Assembly: GCA_043769275.1 (NCBI GenBank)
Contig: JAYVJM010000079.1
Span: 1,182-65,181 of the forward strand
Direction: 5' to 3'
Source: Cellvibrionales bacterium
Lineage (GTDB): Bacteria; Pseudomonadota; Gammaproteobacteria; Pseudomonadales; UBA7239
Length of the DNA: 64,000 nt
Part shown: positions 9,166 through 19,880 of the stretch, one piece after another
How positions within the stretch are numbered: position 1 is the stretch's first letter
How the letters are laid out: every line of letters starts with the position of its first letter
Program-made: the position numbers and the translations under genes
Notes under the pieces: generated by a model
Database searches by the model: none
What the model saw: the letters and a program-made list of their open reading frames with translations, nothing else
Told to the model about the DNA's origin: nothing

Positions 9166-9993
9166 TTAATGTACGTCTTTCCAGTATTCGCGGTTCAACA
9201 GCCAAGCGAGAATAAAAAATAACAGGATAAACAGCAAAGCATAAACACCCATACTTTGACGCTTCAGCGCAGCCGGCTCGCCTGCATAGGCAAGAAAGTT
9301 GACCAAATCCGCAATCGTGGCATCAAACTGAGCAGGATCGAGTTTGCCAGGCTTGGGGACATGGAGGAGGCCGCAAGGGTTTAACGCTACGCCAGTTTTT
9401 GGGTCAAACAGAATGTCGGCACCTGTAAGCGGATCGCGACGAACGCCGCCATTGGCCGCATGCACAGGACCTGGCGCACACTCGGCGACTCCTTGTAGCT
9501 CAAGCAGCACATTAGGCATCGCCACATCTTTGAATACACGGTTATTGACACCGTAAGGGCGTGTATCGTCGCGATAAAAATTACGCAGATAGGTGTAGAG
9601 CCATTCTGGGCCACGCACTCTTGACACGAGGGTCAAATCTGGTGGGGCAACGCCAAACCACTTTTTCTGCGCCTTCACCGGTGCCGCGATGCTCATCAAG
9701 TCGCCAATATTCCCGCCTGCAAAATTGAGGTTTTGCTGCACAATATTGTCAGGAATATCGAGGTCATTGCCCATCCGCTGATAACGCATAAAGCCCAGCG
9801 CGTGACAACCCATACAATAATTGACGAACGTTTTTGCGCCTCGCTGCATGGATGCGTTGTCATGCAGGTTTGGCTTGAATTCGTCGCAGGGTATTGTGCC
9901 GCAGCTATGTTCCCCTTCGTTGGCACTCACCGTAGCCGCCGCCAAGATAAAAAAAGGCAGTACACACAATACGCTGATCCACTTTTTGTTCAT
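9166..9993 (-). CDS. petC: cytochrome c1 (bc1 complex)
   Basis: It has the heme motif CMGCHAL and a C-terminal TM anchor, and is the third gene of petABC. I set the start at MNKKWISVLCVLPFFIL (9993), which lies after the petB stop. The longer track ORF overlaps petB. Confidence 0.9.
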   Translation of the reverse strand: MNKKWISVLCVLPFFILAAATVSANEGEHSCGTIPCDEFKPNLHDNASMQRGAKTFVNYCMGCHALGFMRYQRMGNDLDIPDNIVQQNLNFAGGNIGDLMSIAAPVKAQKKWFGVAPPDLTLVSRVRGPEWLYTYLRNFYRDDTRPYGVNNRVFKDVAMPNVLLELQGVAECAPGPVHAANGGVRRDPLTGADILFDPKTGVALNPCGLLHVPKPGKLDPAQFDATIADLVNFLAYAGEPAALKRQSMGVYALLFILLFFILAWLLNREYWKDVH

Positions 9994-10010
9994 GCTTTTT
10001 GTCCAGCCAA

Positions 10011-11315
10011 TCATCGCATGGTCACCCGCTCTGGTTCTTTTTTTGTTTTCTCCCACCGAGTATAAAAAGGCATAAGCAGAAAGAAAGCAAAGTATACGAC
10101 GGTGAGATACTGAGCTACGTCTTGATTTTCCAGCCAGTAACCATTGGGATCGCCCCACAAGTTTGGTGCTGCAATGCCTAAAAAGTGACCGCCTGGCGGT
10201 AAAGCACCCAAGTAACCCAAAACCACAAAAGCAATTACGAAAGAAAACAAGGCTATTTTAGTGCCCCACCCTTTATAGCGCCAAGACTTCACCGGGCTGC
10301 GATCCAGCCACGGCAGAACAAACATGATCGCAATGGCAGCCCCCATCGTCATAAACCCGAGCAGCTTGGCGGGCAACCCAAACAGCTCAAAAGTGATGGC
10401 GCGCAACATGGCGTAAAAAGGCGTGTAATACCAAACGGGCGCGATGTGAGCTGGAGTTTTTAGTGCGTTAGCCTCTTCAAAGTTGGCATGCTCTAAAAAA
10501 TATCCGCCCATTTCTGGGGTAAAAAACAAAATAAAACAGAATACGAATAAAAATACGGCGATACCCACTAAATCATGCACGGTGTAATAAGGATGAAAGG
10601 GAATTCCGTCAAGCGGATGTCCATCAGCACCTTTTTTCTTTTTGATTTCAATGCCGTCAGGGTTGTTTGATCCTACCTCGTGCAACGCCAATAAATGCAG
10701 AACAACTAACGCAAGCAAAATTAACGGAATCGCGATAACGTGCAAAGCAAAAAAGCGGTTGAGTGTAGCGCCAGAAATCAAGTAATCGCCACGAACCCAC
10801 TCAACGATTGACTCACCTACCACGGGGATTGCGCCAAACAACGACACAATGACCTGAGCACCCCAATAAGACATTTGCCCCCACGGAAGCACGTATCCCA
10901 TAAAGCCTTCAGCCATCAGACATAGGTAAATCCCCATGCCAAACAACCAGACCAGCTCGCGTGGCTTTTTGTAAGAGCCGTAGAGAAGGCCACGGAACAT
11001 GTGCAGATACACCACGGCAAAAAAAGCTGACGCGCCAGTGGAGTGCATGTAACGCAAAATCCAACCGTAATCGACATCGCGCATGATGTATTCAACGGAA
11101 GCAAAGGCTCCATCTGTGGTCGGCGTATAAAACATCGTCAACCAGATGCCCGTCAGCAACTGATTAACCAACACAAGCAGGGACAGCACACCAAAAAAAT
11201 ACCAGAAATTGAAATTTTTTGGCGCGTAATACTGCGCCATGTGGGTATTCCATGCCCGCATAATAGGCAGCCTAGCATCTACCCAATCGCGCAAGCCGAG
11301 TAGCCAAGATGTCAT
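10011..11315 (-). CDS. petB: cytochrome b (bc1 complex)
   Basis: This is a 434-aa polytopic protein with the typical cytochrome b N-terminus (WNTHMAQYYAPKNFNFWYFFG) and PEWY-like region (APVWYYTPFY). The start overlaps the petA stop (ATGA). Confidence 0.95.
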   Translation of the reverse strand: MTSWLLGLRDWVDARLPIMRAWNTHMAQYYAPKNFNFWYFFGVLSLLVLVNQLLTGIWLTMFYTPTTDGAFASVEYIMRDVDYGWILRYMHSTGASAFFAVVYLHMFRGLLYGSYKKPRELVWLFGMGIYLCLMAEGFMGYVLPWGQMSYWGAQVIVSLFGAIPVVGESIVEWVRGDYLISGATLNRFFALHVIAIPLILLALVVLHLLALHEVGSNNPDGIEIKKKKGADGHPLDGIPFHPYYTVHDLVGIAVFLFVFCFILFFTPEMGGYFLEHANFEEANALKTPAHIAPVWYYTPFYAMLRAITFELFGLPAKLLGFMTMGAAIAIMFVLPWLDRSPVKSWRYKGWGTKIALFSFVIAFVVLGYLGALPPGGHFLGIAAPNLWGDPNGYWLENQDVAQYLTVVYFAFFLLMPFYTRWEKTKKEPERVTMR

Positions 11316-11911
11316 GCTGCTGCTCCTTTTTGGGCTTCACCCACCACGAGTGTGGTGTCAGTTTCGTAACGGTAAGGGGGTATCGTCAAGTTTGTAGGCG
11401 CGGGGACGTTTTTGAATACACGGCCAGCTAAGTCGTACTTGGATCCGTGACAAGGACAGAAAAAGCCGCCAAGCCAACTTTTGCCCAAGTCTTCTGGTGC
11501 GACATCAAAACGGTTTTTTACCGCACAGCCTAAGTGCGTGCAAATGCCGCTTAACAACAAAAATTCTTTTTTAATCGAGCGCCACTCGTTTTGGCAATCG
11601 GCGGGCTGAATTGAGTGCAGAGAATCTGGGTCAGATACGCGGTCTGTCATGTTTGGCAGGCTATCGAGCATTTGCGCGCTGCGCCGCACGATATAAATCG
11701 GCTGCCCGCGCCACTCAACAACAATCATGGACCCCATTTCTATCTTGCTAATATTGACTTTGACCGCCGCGCCGGCTGCTTTTGCCTTGGCGCTAGGATT
11801 CCAAGCGCCAACAAAGGGGGTTGCGACAAAACCGGCACCCACCACGCCGACACCCGTGGTGGCGACAGTGAGGAAACGGCGGCGCGCTTGGTTGATTCCG
11901 TCATCATGCAT
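11312..11911 (-). CDS. petA: ubiquinol-cytochrome c reductase Rieske iron-sulfur subunit
   Basis: It has the Rieske boxes CTHLGC and CPCHGS and a twin-arginine leader (ARRRFLTVAT). The start is at 11911 (MHDDGINQ) or 11944. Confidence 0.92.
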   Translation of the reverse strand: MHDDGINQARRRFLTVATTGVGVVGAGFVATPFVGAWNPSAKAKAAGAAVKVNISKIEMGSMIVVEWRGQPIYIVRRSAQMLDSLPNMTDRVSDPDSLHSIQPADCQNEWRSIKKEFLLLSGICTHLGCAVKNRFDVAPEDLGKSWLGGFFCPCHGSKYDLAGRVFKNVPAPTNLTIPPYRYETDTTLVVGEAQKGAAA

Positions 11912-12094
11912 GACGCTTTTTCTCCCGTAACTTGCTAGGTGCATCCTTGGATGCCAGTTTAATCACTTAACTTGCGCCGCAACACCCGAAGGTGAGCGCG
12001 GATAAGCCGCCAAAAGACGTGCTAAGGTAGTTAAATCGACCCGCACTAGCAAGAAAACCGCGCTTAATTTGTGCCTTTAGTTGCCCCACATGAC

Positions 12095-12126
12095 ACAAAA
12101 AAGCCCAGACCGATAAAGCATCTGGG
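12095..12126 (-). terminator. Rho-independent terminator after rpsI
   Basis: A 7-bp stem (gcccaga/tctgggc, 12102-12108 and 12120-12126) is followed on the minus strand by TTTTTT. Confidence 0.7.
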
Positions 12127-12153
12127 CATATGCTGCAATATTTCGCGGCGAAC

Positions 12154-12546
12154 TTAACGCTTGGAGTATTGTGGACGCTTACGCGCTTTGCGAAGCCCAA
12201 CTTTTTTGCGCTCGACTTCACGGGAGTCACGCGTCACATAGCCCGCACGACGCAATGCTGTGCGCAACGATTCATCATACTCCATTAGCGCACGCGTGAT
12301 GCCGTGGCGTATCGCGCCTGCTTGTCCAAAACTGCCACCACCGGCAACGGTAATGTTGAGATCAAACTTTTGCTCCATCCCAACCAGAACCAATGGCTGG
12401 CGCACAATCATACGAGCGACTTCACGGCCAAAATAATTTTCAATAGTGCGATCGTTAATCGTAATAGCACCTTCACCTGCACGCAAAAAAACCCGAGCAG
12501 TGGATGTTTTACGACGACCCGTGCCGTAATGCTGCTGAACTGCCAT
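12154..12546 (-). CDS. rpsI: 30S ribosomal protein S9
   Basis: [16 protein letters not shown]...[13 protein letters not shown] set the start at M11 of the track ORF ([10 protein letters not shown]), which gives the canonical 130 aa. 12561 is an alternative. Confidence 0.95.
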   Translation of the reverse strand: MAVQQHYGTGRRKTSTARVFLRAGEGAITINDRTIENYFGREVARMIVRQPLVLVGMEQKFDLNITVAGGGSFGQAGAIRHGITRALMEYDESLRTALRRAGYVTRDSREVERKKVGLRKARKRPQYSKR

Positions 12547-12576
12547 ACCTTTCGTCGCCATAATAATGCGCCCCAA

Positions 12577-13011
12577 TTAAAATTGTAAAGCCAAAGCTTG
12601 CGGTTGTTGCGCGGTGTGCGGATGCTCTTGACCTGCGTAAACCTTAAGCTTCTTAAACATGGCGCGACCTAACGACCCGCGCGGCAACATGCCTTTCACT
12701 GCATATTCGAGTGCGCGCTCAGGCACACGATCAATCAGCTTTTCGAAAGTGATTTGTTTCAAGCCACCGGGGAAATTGCTATGACTGTAATACGTTTTGT
12801 CTTTGGCTTTATTGCCGGTTACACGCACTTTTTCGGCGTTAACGATCACTATATAGTCGCCTGTATCCACATGGGGAGTGAACTCGGGCTTGTGTTTGCC
12901 TCGCAGTCTGCTAGCAACTTCTGTTGCCAAGCGACCTAAGACCTTATTTTCGGCATCCACGACGAACCACTGGTGCTGCGCAGTCTGCGCATTGGTGCTG
13001 ATCGTTCTCAT
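12577..13011 (-). CDS. rplM: 50S ribosomal protein L13
   Basis: [33 protein letters not shown] matches the L13 N-terminus. The internal ATG at 13011 gives about 144 aa. Confidence 0.95.
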   Translation of the reverse strand: MRTISTNAQTAQHQWFVVDAENKVLGRLATEVASRLRGKHKPEFTPHVDTGDYIVIVNAEKVRVTGNKAKDKTYYSHSNFPGGLKQITFEKLIDRVPERALEYAVKGMLPRGSLGRAMFKKLKVYAGQEHPHTAQQPQALALQF

Positions 13012-13163
13012 TTTTTTACCGCTCTTATATACAGGCATATTCTGGGAGGGCGAATTGTAATGATGCACCCACGCTATTTCAAGCGGTAAAAATCATTACT
13101 GTCCAAATTCCTGCCATTCACGCCGTTTTTTCTAACTGTTTTACCATTACGATGCAATTGCTA

Positions 13164-13931
13164 TCAGCACGACGGCTTTTTGCCTTCAAATTTCGCCTGC
13201 TGATAGAGCATGTCAGCCTGCGGCAGATTGGCACCAAGCAGTTGAATGCGTGCAGCATCTGAAGGATGGGTCGATAAAAACTCGGGCGACTTAGCACCGC
13301 CTTGTTGCTGCAACAATTCCCAGATTGCTACGCTGGCTTGCGGATTAAAGCCGGCGCGCGCCATTAGTTCCTGTCCGATAATGTCGGCCTCCGTTTCGTG
13401 CGAACGACTGTATGGTAGCAAAACACCGTATTTCGCGCCCATGCCAACAACGGACGCGAGACTCGGATCCACGGCTTGTCCGGCCACTTGCTCGCTCAGT
13501 TGAGCAAGCAAATTCAGGGAGGCACGCTCATTGCCGTGTCGAGCTAAAACATGCCCAATTTCATGCCCAATAACAGCCGCCAACTGATCGTTGTTTTCTG
13601 TCAGCTTTAACATGCCGATATTCACACCAATTTTTTTGCCGGGAAGAGCAAAGGCATTCGGCGTTTTGTCATTAAAAAGCCGAACATCCCAGTCCTCACG
13701 CATCTCCCCCTGCAACTCTTGCGTGAGCGCTCGCACGATACAGCATACTCTGGCGTTAGCTTTGGAATCTTGCAGTGGCGGGCTTTTTTCTTTCAGCTCA
13801 TCAAATACCCGCTCTCCCATTGAGGCCATTTGGCCATCGTCCACCAATAACAACTGGCTGCGACCGGTGGGCGATGTCACGCAAGCTGTCAATGTCCATA
13901 AAATCAAGCACACGAAAACTGTTTTTTGCAT
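13164..13931 (-). CDS. M48-family zinc metallopeptidase lipoprotein
   Basis: It has a lipobox signal (LILWTLTAC), the HExxH motif (IGHEIGHVLARH) and a downstream E (SHETEADIIG). Confidence 0.8.
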   Translation of the reverse strand: MQKTVFVCLILWTLTACVTSPTGRSQLLLVDDGQMASMGERVFDELKEKSPPLQDSKANARVCCIVRALTQELQGEMREDWDVRLFNDKTPNAFALPGKKIGVNIGMLKLTENNDQLAAVIGHEIGHVLARHGNERASLNLLAQLSEQVAGQAVDPSLASVVGMGAKYGVLLPYSRSHETEADIIGQELMARAGFNPQASVAIWELLQQQGGAKSPEFLSTHPSDAARIQLLGANLPQADMLYQQAKFEGKKPSC

Positions 13932-14032
13932 CGCAGATATCTCGCCAAGGATAAGGGCGCAGAGACTACAGAAAATTGGCCACTTTTTCTAATGGGCAAA
14001 GGCGTTCTAGCTGCATTCGCATAAATAAGACA

Positions 14033-14848
14033 TCAAGCATTCTCCGCCTGCGACGCTGTATCGTCTACCGGCAACAAACGACCGCCCTCCAGTAAGCGAT
14101 AAAGATTCAGATATTGCACAGTGAGCTTGTGTTTGGGTGCGTAATGCACCATCGGCAAATGAAACTCGCGTGACTCTTTCATTTTCACTGAGGTGCTAAG
14201 GTAGCTGGCCAGCACGGGCAGGCCGTCGTTTTTTAATTGATCAACCAGATCATTGGGCAAGCGAGCTTGCGCGCTGTACTGGCTGATAACGACGCCTTCA
14301 ATAACTAATTTAGGATTGTGATCTTCACGAATTTCGCCCACTGTATTGACTAGGCTGTACAGTGCCTGCCGTGAAAAGCTGTCACAATCAAAAGGGATTA
14401 GCAGGCTATCAGCAGCAATTAACGCTGCGCGGCTGTAGAAGTTGAGTGCCGGTGGCGTGTCGATATAAATGCGGTCGTAATGCTCAGACAGTTGCACCAA
14501 TGCTTCACGCAATTTATAGATTTTTTGACGACTCTCCAGATCGCGTTCTAGCGCAGAGAGCTCAATGCTGGCAGGCATCACCGATAGGCGTGCAAACTGT
14601 GTTGGATGACAAAATGTCGGCAAATAATGTTTGCGATTAAACATGCCAAGAAACGATTTAAAAAAATCTGCTGCTGTATTTTCTTTTTCCGCGTAGCGTG
14701 GACCGAGTAAATACTCTGAACTATTGCATTGCGTATCGAGATCAATGAGCAGCGTTTTGAAGCCCTGCTGCGCGCTTATAGCGGCAAGATTGCAACTGAT
14801 GCTGGTTTTGCCAACGCCTCCTTTTTGGTTGAACACTACGCGCTTCAT
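14033..14848 (-). CDS. orphan ParA/MinD-family ATPase
   Basis: It has the deviant Walker A motif NQKGGVGKTS. I set the start at MKRVVFNQ (14848), directly preceded by AAGGAG. No parB is adjacent. Confidence 0.8.
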   Translation of the reverse strand: MKRVVFNQKGGVGKTSISCNLAAISAQQGFKTLLIDLDTQCNSSEYLLGPRYAEKENTAADFFKSFLGMFNRKHYLPTFCHPTQFARLSVMPASIELSALERDLESRQKIYKLREALVQLSEHYDRIYIDTPPALNFYSRAALIAADSLLIPFDCDSFSRQALYSLVNTVGEIREDHNPKLVIEGVVISQYSAQARLPNDLVDQLKNDGLPVLASYLSTSVKMKESREFHLPMVHYAPKHKLTVQYLNLYRLLEGGRLLPVDDTASQAENA

Positions 14849-14971
14849 ACAGAACTCCTTTGCTCCTCGATATTCTATGTTAGCAGCAAAGCCTGCTGGT
14901 GCAGCAAGCTGTATTTTCGCGGCTAATTTTCTGGGCATAATACATACCCGCCGCTAACAAACATCAACTGC

Positions 14972-15916
14972 GTGACCGCACTTCCTCCCGCTATTTTTTT
15001 GATGGGTCCTACTGCGTCTGGCAAGACAGACTTGGCCGTTGCGCTGACAGAGTGTCTGCCCTGCGACATTATCAGTGTCGATTCCGCGATGATTTATCGC
15101 GGCATGGATATTGGCACGGCCAAGCCGGATACCACCACATTGGCGCGCGCGCCGCATCGTTTGATCAACCTCTTGGACCCGAGCGAACCGTACTCTGCGG
15201 CACAGTTTCGCCGTGATGCACTGCGTGAAATGTCGGCGATTACTGCGCGCGGACGGATTCCGTTACTCGTAGGCGGCACGATGCTTTATTTTAAGGTGCT
15301 GCTGGAGGGGATTGCTGAATTACCGGCAGCGGATCCCGCTTTGCGCGCAGCTGTTACGTGGGAGGCGGAAAGCATCGGGTGGCCAGCTATTCATGCTCGC
15401 TTGGCTGCTGTCGATCCGAGTATGGCTGCGCGATTGCACCCAAACCATTCGCAGCGGATTTTGCGTGCATGGGAGGTGTATTGTCTGACGGGGCAACCCA
15501 TGTCTGCACTGCAAAAACAGCAGGCCAGTGAGCCGTTGCCGTGGTCTGTTACGCAACTGGCGTTGATGCCTGCGCGCGATGCGGTTCATCTGCGTATTGC
15601 GCAACGCTTTGACGCAATGTTGTCGCACGGGCTAATCGACGAAGTGCGCGCTCTACATGCACGCGGGACGCTTTCGCCAGATTTGCCCGCAATACGCAGC
15701 GTTGGTTACCGGCAGGTGTGGGAGTTTCTTGATGGCGAAACCACTGCAAATCAAATGCACGACAAGGCGGTTTTTGCTACGCGGCAACTTGCTAAACGTC
15801 AGTTCACATGGCTACGAAGCTGGCCGCATCTGCATAACTTGCCCACAAGGGAACCTTTCGATATAAAAAAAGTCTTATATATCGCCTTGAAACTGCTGGC
15901 TAACATCGGCATATAG
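14972..15916 (+). CDS. miaA: tRNA dimethylallyltransferase
   Basis: It has the P-loop MGPTASGKT, and [22 protein letters not shown] start is at 14972. It lies directly upstream of hfq. Confidence 0.95.
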   Translation: MTALPPAIFLMGPTASGKTDLAVALTECLPCDIISVDSAMIYRGMDIGTAKPDTTTLARAPHRLINLLDPSEPYSAAQFRRDALREMSAITARGRIPLLVGGTMLYFKVLLEGIAELPAADPALRAAVTWEAESIGWPAIHARLAAVDPSMAARLHPNHSQRILRAWEVYCLTGQPMSALQKQQASEPLPWSVTQLALMPARDAVHLRIAQRFDAMLSHGLIDEVRALHARGTLSPDLPAIRSVGYRQVWEFLDGETTANQMHDKAVFATRQLAKRQFTWLRSWPHLHNLPTREPFDIKKVLYIALKLLANIGI

Positions 15917-16073
15917 GCGATCTACTATTGAGAAAAACGAAGAGAAGTGATTTTGCAGTGACTTCTGCTGCCCTGTTCACTAACATCGTGCTATATCTGT
16001 AGGGCGGCATCTATTTACTAGGCGCTAAATTCGTGGAATTTTTTATAATCATTCACTCTTGAAGGAGATTCTT

Positions 16074-16391
16074 ATGTCGAGAGGGCAAAGCTTACAAGAC
16101 CCTTACCTGAACGTTCTGCGCAAAGAGCGCGTTCCGGTTTCCATTTACCTAGTCAACGGCATCAAATTACAGGGTCAAATTGATTCTTTTGATCAGTTTG
16201 TTGTTTTGCTGAAAAACACTGTTAGCCAAATGGTATACAAACACGCTATTTCCACTGTTGTGCCATCTCGTCCTGTGCGCCTGCCTGTCGCAAGCCCGCT
16301 CGTCGCCGGTGCTGTCGCTGGTGTAAACGGCGGCAACTTCAACCAAGGCGGTTACGATGATGATGACGGCTATAACGATCTCGGCAGCTAG
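16074..16391 (+). CDS. hfq: RNA chaperone Hfq
   Basis: [43 protein letters not shown]. The ATG at 16074 is preceded by GAAGGAG. There is an acidic, Gly-rich C-terminal tail. Confidence 0.97.
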   Translation: MSRGQSLQDPYLNVLRKERVPVSIYLVNGIKLQGQIDSFDQFVVLLKNTVSQMVYKHAISTVVPSRPVRLPVASPLVAGAVAGVNGGNFNQGGYDDDDGYNDLGS

Positions 16392-16411
16392 TTCTTTTTT
16401 AAGGTTAGCTT

Positions 16412-17728
16412 TTGTTTTTTGATCGCCCAAAATCCGGTGAGCTGGCTGTCTTGGTTCACTTGGATTTGCAACGTCCCAGCTCCCATGATGATCTGCGCGA
16501 ATTTGAAGAGCTGGCGTTGTCGGCGGGTGCCGATCCGGTTGAGCTAATTACCGGTAGCCGTACGGCACCTTCTGCGCGCCACTTCGTGGGAAAAGGCAAG
16601 CTCGAAGAAATCGCTCATTGCGTACAAATGCACAGTGCGCGCTTAGCGATTTTCGATCATGAGCTATCGCCCAGCCAAGAGCGCAATTTAGAAAAAGCGT
16701 TGGGATGCCATGTGATTGATCGCACCGGCTTGATCCTCGATATTTTTGCTCAACGCGCCCGCACACATGAAGGCAAGTTACAGGTGGAGCTGGCACAGCT
16801 ACAGCACGCATCAACGCGCCTAGTACGTGGATGGACACATCTTGAGCGACAAAAAGGCGGCATTGGTATGCGCGGCCCAGGTGAAACGCAGCTTGAAACG
16901 GATCGTCGCCTGATCAGGCTGCGGATTAAATCCATCTTGGCTAGGCTGGAAAAAGTACGTAGCCAGCGCGCCCAAAGTCGCCGCTCCCGTGCGCGCAGCT
17001 CTGTCCCCACCCTCTCGCTTGTTGGCTATACCAACGCAGGCAAGTCCACCTTATTTAACGCACTGACACAGGCCGACGTTTATGTGGCCGATCAGTTGTT
17101 CGCCACCTTAGACCCCACCATGCGTCGTTTACGTTTGCCGGATACTGGTAACGCAGTGCTCGCAGATACCGTCGGTTTTATTCGCGCATTACCGCATCAA
17201 CTGGTCGATGCTTTTCGCAGCACCTTGGAAGAGGCCGCTAGTGCCGATTTGCTGTTGCATGTCATTGACTACGCCTCTCACGAGCGCGACGAACAGATCA
17301 CGCAAGTAAATGATGTACTGCACGAAATCGGTGCAGGCGAGCTGCCTTGCCTCCAGGTATTTAACAAAATTGACGTGCTAGGGGTGGAACCGAGAATAGA
17401 TCGCGACCAGCAAGGTCGGCCGCTGCGCGTGTGGGTTTCTGCCCATACGGGAGCAGGCCTGAACCTGCTGCTGCAGGCATTGGATGAACATCTGGCCGCT
17501 GAGAAATTTAATGGCACACTGTTGCTGCATGCCGCGCAGTCGCGATTGCGAGCGCGCCTTTTTTCACTCAAGGCCATTGTCAGCGAACGCTTTAATGATG
17601 ATGGCAGCCAAACGCTTGTCGTGCGTTTGGCGCGTGCAGATTGGCAACGCTTTTTAGCATCCGAACAATTAAATGCTAAAGATTTGCTTGCGCCTGTCGA
17701 AGAAGTGCCAGAGGATGGCGCGCCTTGA
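16412..17728 (+). CDS. hflX: GTPase HflX
   Basis: It has G motifs (GYTNAGKST, DTVGF, NKID) and a TTG start at 16412. It follows hfq. Confidence 0.93.
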   Translation: MFFDRPKSGELAVLVHLDLQRPSSHDDLREFEELALSAGADPVELITGSRTAPSARHFVGKGKLEEIAHCVQMHSARLAIFDHELSPSQERNLEKALGCHVIDRTGLILDIFAQRARTHEGKLQVELAQLQHASTRLVRGWTHLERQKGGIGMRGPGETQLETDRRLIRLRIKSILARLEKVRSQRAQSRRSRARSSVPTLSLVGYTNAGKSTLFNALTQADVYVADQLFATLDPTMRRLRLPDTGNAVLADTVGFIRALPHQLVDAFRSTLEEAASADLLLHVIDYASHERDEQITQVNDVLHEIGAGELPCLQVFNKIDVLGVEPRIDRDQQGRPLRVWVSAHTGAGLNLLLQALDEHLAAEKFNGTLLLHAAQSRLRARLFSLKAIVSERFNDDGSQTLVVRLARADWQRFLASEQLNAKDLLAPVEEVPEDGAP

Positions 17729-17829
17729 TCTGCAGGACGCGCCGTGCGAAAAGCCGGTCAGCAATACCGTCAAAAGCAACCTGCACTGATCAATGACACA
17801 AAATTTATTTTTCAAAAGCGGAGATAGCT

Positions 17830-19008
17830 ATGGCTTGGAATGAGCCCGGCAACAAGGGCAATAACCCGTGGGGCAGCCCGTCCAACAACGGCAGTAAAAA
17901 AAACGGCGACAACGATTTACAGGAGCTGCTGCAAAAACTCAAGGCACTCTTGGGAGGAAGCGGCGGGGTCAGCAATAGTGGCGAAGTCGCGCCTGTGGGC
18001 AAGCTCGTGCTGTTGATTCTGGCTGTACTGCTGATTTCGTGGGGTGCTCTGGGCTTTTATCAGCTCGACGAACAAAAGCGCGCCGTTGTTTTACGCCTTG
18101 GTGCCTACCACGGCACCGTCAGCTCTGGCTGGCATTGGAATCCACCGTTCATTGATACGGTAATAAAAGACAACGTGACCCAGTTGCGCTCTTATACATC
18201 GCAAGGCGCAATGTTGACTTCAGATGAAAACATAGTAGATGTACAGCTGTCGGTTCAATACAACATCAAGGATTTGGAAAAATTTACACTCTCGATTCGC
18301 GAGCCTGAACTGACACTAGCCGATGCCACCGACAGTGCTTTACGTCACGTCGTTGGCAACTCGGGAATGGATGAGTTATTGACAATCGGCCGCGCAAAAA
18401 TCGCCCCTGAAGTGCAAACGCGCTTACAGCATTATTTGGATAAATATCAAACGGGTATTTTTGTGGCGGTAATTAACGTCGAGCGCACGCAGCCACCCAA
18501 GCAAGTGCAGGATGCTTTTGATGACGTGAGCAAAGCTCGCGAAGATGAACAACGCTTCCAAAATGAAGCAAAAACGTACGCAAATACCGTGATCCCTCAA
18601 GCGCGAGGGATTGCCAAACGTCTGAATTCAGAAGCACTCGCGTACCGTGACAGCACCATCGCACGGGCGCAAGGGGAAGCCAGCCGGTTCAATGCATTGC
18701 TAACGGCCTATCGCACATCGCCCACAGTGACCCGTCAGCGGCTTTATATTGATGCCATGCAAGACGTGATGACCAACAACAGCAAGGTGCTAGTGGATGT
18801 CGCCAAAGGCAGCAATATGCTGTACCTGCCCTTGGATCAATTACGGAATCAACCTGCTGGCAACAAAGTCGGCAGCAGCGCAGAGCGCAGTGATGGCACG
18901 AGTATCAGCCAGATCGACATCGACAACATTTCCAAACGCATAGAAGAAAAGCTGCGCGGAGAACAGCAGAAAAACAGCAACACGCGTCGTCGGGAGAGTC
19001 GCCAATGA
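17830..19008 (+). CDS. hflK: FtsH modulator HflK
   Basis: It has the MAWNEPGNKGNNPWG N-terminus, a TM segment and an SPFH/band-7 domain. GGAG lies upstream. Confidence 0.95.
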   Translation: MAWNEPGNKGNNPWGSPSNNGSKKNGDNDLQELLQKLKALLGGSGGVSNSGEVAPVGKLVLLILAVLLISWGALGFYQLDEQKRAVVLRLGAYHGTVSSGWHWNPPFIDTVIKDNVTQLRSYTSQGAMLTSDENIVDVQLSVQYNIKDLEKFTLSIREPELTLADATDSALRHVVGNSGMDELLTIGRAKIAPEVQTRLQHYLDKYQTGIFVAVINVERTQPPKQVQDAFDDVSKAREDEQRFQNEAKTYANTVIPQARGIAKRLNSEALAYRDSTIARAQGEASRFNALLTAYRTSPTVTRQRLYIDAMQDVMTNNSKVLVDVAKGSNMLYLPLDQLRNQPAGNKVGSSAERSDGTSISQIDIDNISKRIEEKLRGEQQKNSNTRRRESRQ

Positions 19009-19880
19009 ACCGTTTAGGCAATGTTTTATTGACTATTTTTATTTGTATTTGGCTTGTTTCCCAGTTTACCTTCGTCGTGCGAGCTTATGACACAGCCGTG
19101 CTATTGCGCTTTGGAAAACTGGTGCAGAGCGACATTCCCCCAGGCCTGCATTGGAAAATCCCGCTAATGGATGATGTCCGTCGTTTTGATAGCCGCATAC
19201 TCAGCATCAACGCGCGTCCAGAGCGTTTTTTGACGATTGGGAAAAAGCCCATGATGGTCGACCTGTACGCTGTATGGCGCATTATCGACGTTGCACGCTA
19301 TTACACCGCGACGGGTGGCGATGAAATGCGAGCGGAAATGGTGATTTCACAGCGCATCAATGAGGGAATGCGAAACCAGTTTGGCGTGCGCACCCTGCAC
19401 GAAGTCGTGTCTGGGGAGCGCGATGCGCTAATGGCCGACATGACTAAAAAACTCACCGACATCACCAGTAAAGAGCTTGGCATTGAAGTCGTGGATGTGC
19501 GCGTTAAACGCATTGACCTGCCCGAGGAAGTCAGCGCCAACGTCTACACTCGTATGAACTCGGAGCGCGAAAGAGAAGCGCGCAAACATCGCTCGGAGGG
19601 ATCCGAAATTGCCGAAGGGATACGAGCCGATGCTGATCGCCAAAAAACCGTACTGGAGGCCGACGCTTACCGCGACGCTGAAAAAGTGCGCGGCGATGGT
19701 GACGCGAAAGCCACGGTTATTTACGCGGCAGCCTACGATAAAGACCCTGAGCTTTATAGTTTTACGCGCAGCTTACAGGCTTATCGAGACAGCTTTAACG
19801 GCCGCAACGATATGCTGGTGGTTGACCCTAGCAGCGCCTTCTTCAAATACCTCAAAAACGAGAACGCTCAAGCACAATAA
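19005..19880 (+). CDS. hflC: FtsH modulator HflC
   Basis: It has an SPFH domain, and its ATG overlaps the hflK stop (ATGA). Confidence 0.95.
   Translation: MNRLGNVLLTIFICIWLVSQFTFVVRAYDTAVLLRFGKLVQSDIPPGLHWKIPLMDDVRRFDSRILSINARPERFLTIGKKPMMVDLYAVWRIIDVARYYTATGGDEMRAEMVISQRINEGMRNQFGVRTLHEVVSGERDALMADMTKKLTDITSKELGIEVVDVRVKRIDLPEEVSANVYTRMNSEREREARKHRSEGSEIAEGIRADADRQKTVLEADAYRDAEKVRGDGDAKATVIYAAAYDKDPELYSFTRSLQAYRDSFNGRNDMLVVDPSSAFFKYLKNENAQAQ

Noticed and set aside
9994-10158. N-terminal extensions appear in the ORF track for petC (to 10158), dacA (to 2608), rpoE (from 2756), rsuA (to 25464), prmC (from 30697), P450 (from 55425), thrB (to 59510), bioD (to 63152), rplM and rpmB.
   Set aside because: In each case an internal ATG aligns with the conserved protein N-terminus, has a better SD, and/or the extension overlaps the neighbouring gene or a repeat element.
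17690-17712. GCGCCTGTCGAAGAAG at the 3' end of hflX resembles the repeat-family core.
   Set aside because: It is a single short match inside a coding frame, with no partner arm and no CCGTTCG module. I treat it as coincidence.
19609-19880. The long 316-aa version of the protease ORF starts at 19609.
   Set aside because: Its first ~90 codons lie inside hflC in another frame and look non-coding. Only the part from about the hflC stop onward (signal peptide plus DTGA domain) is credible.
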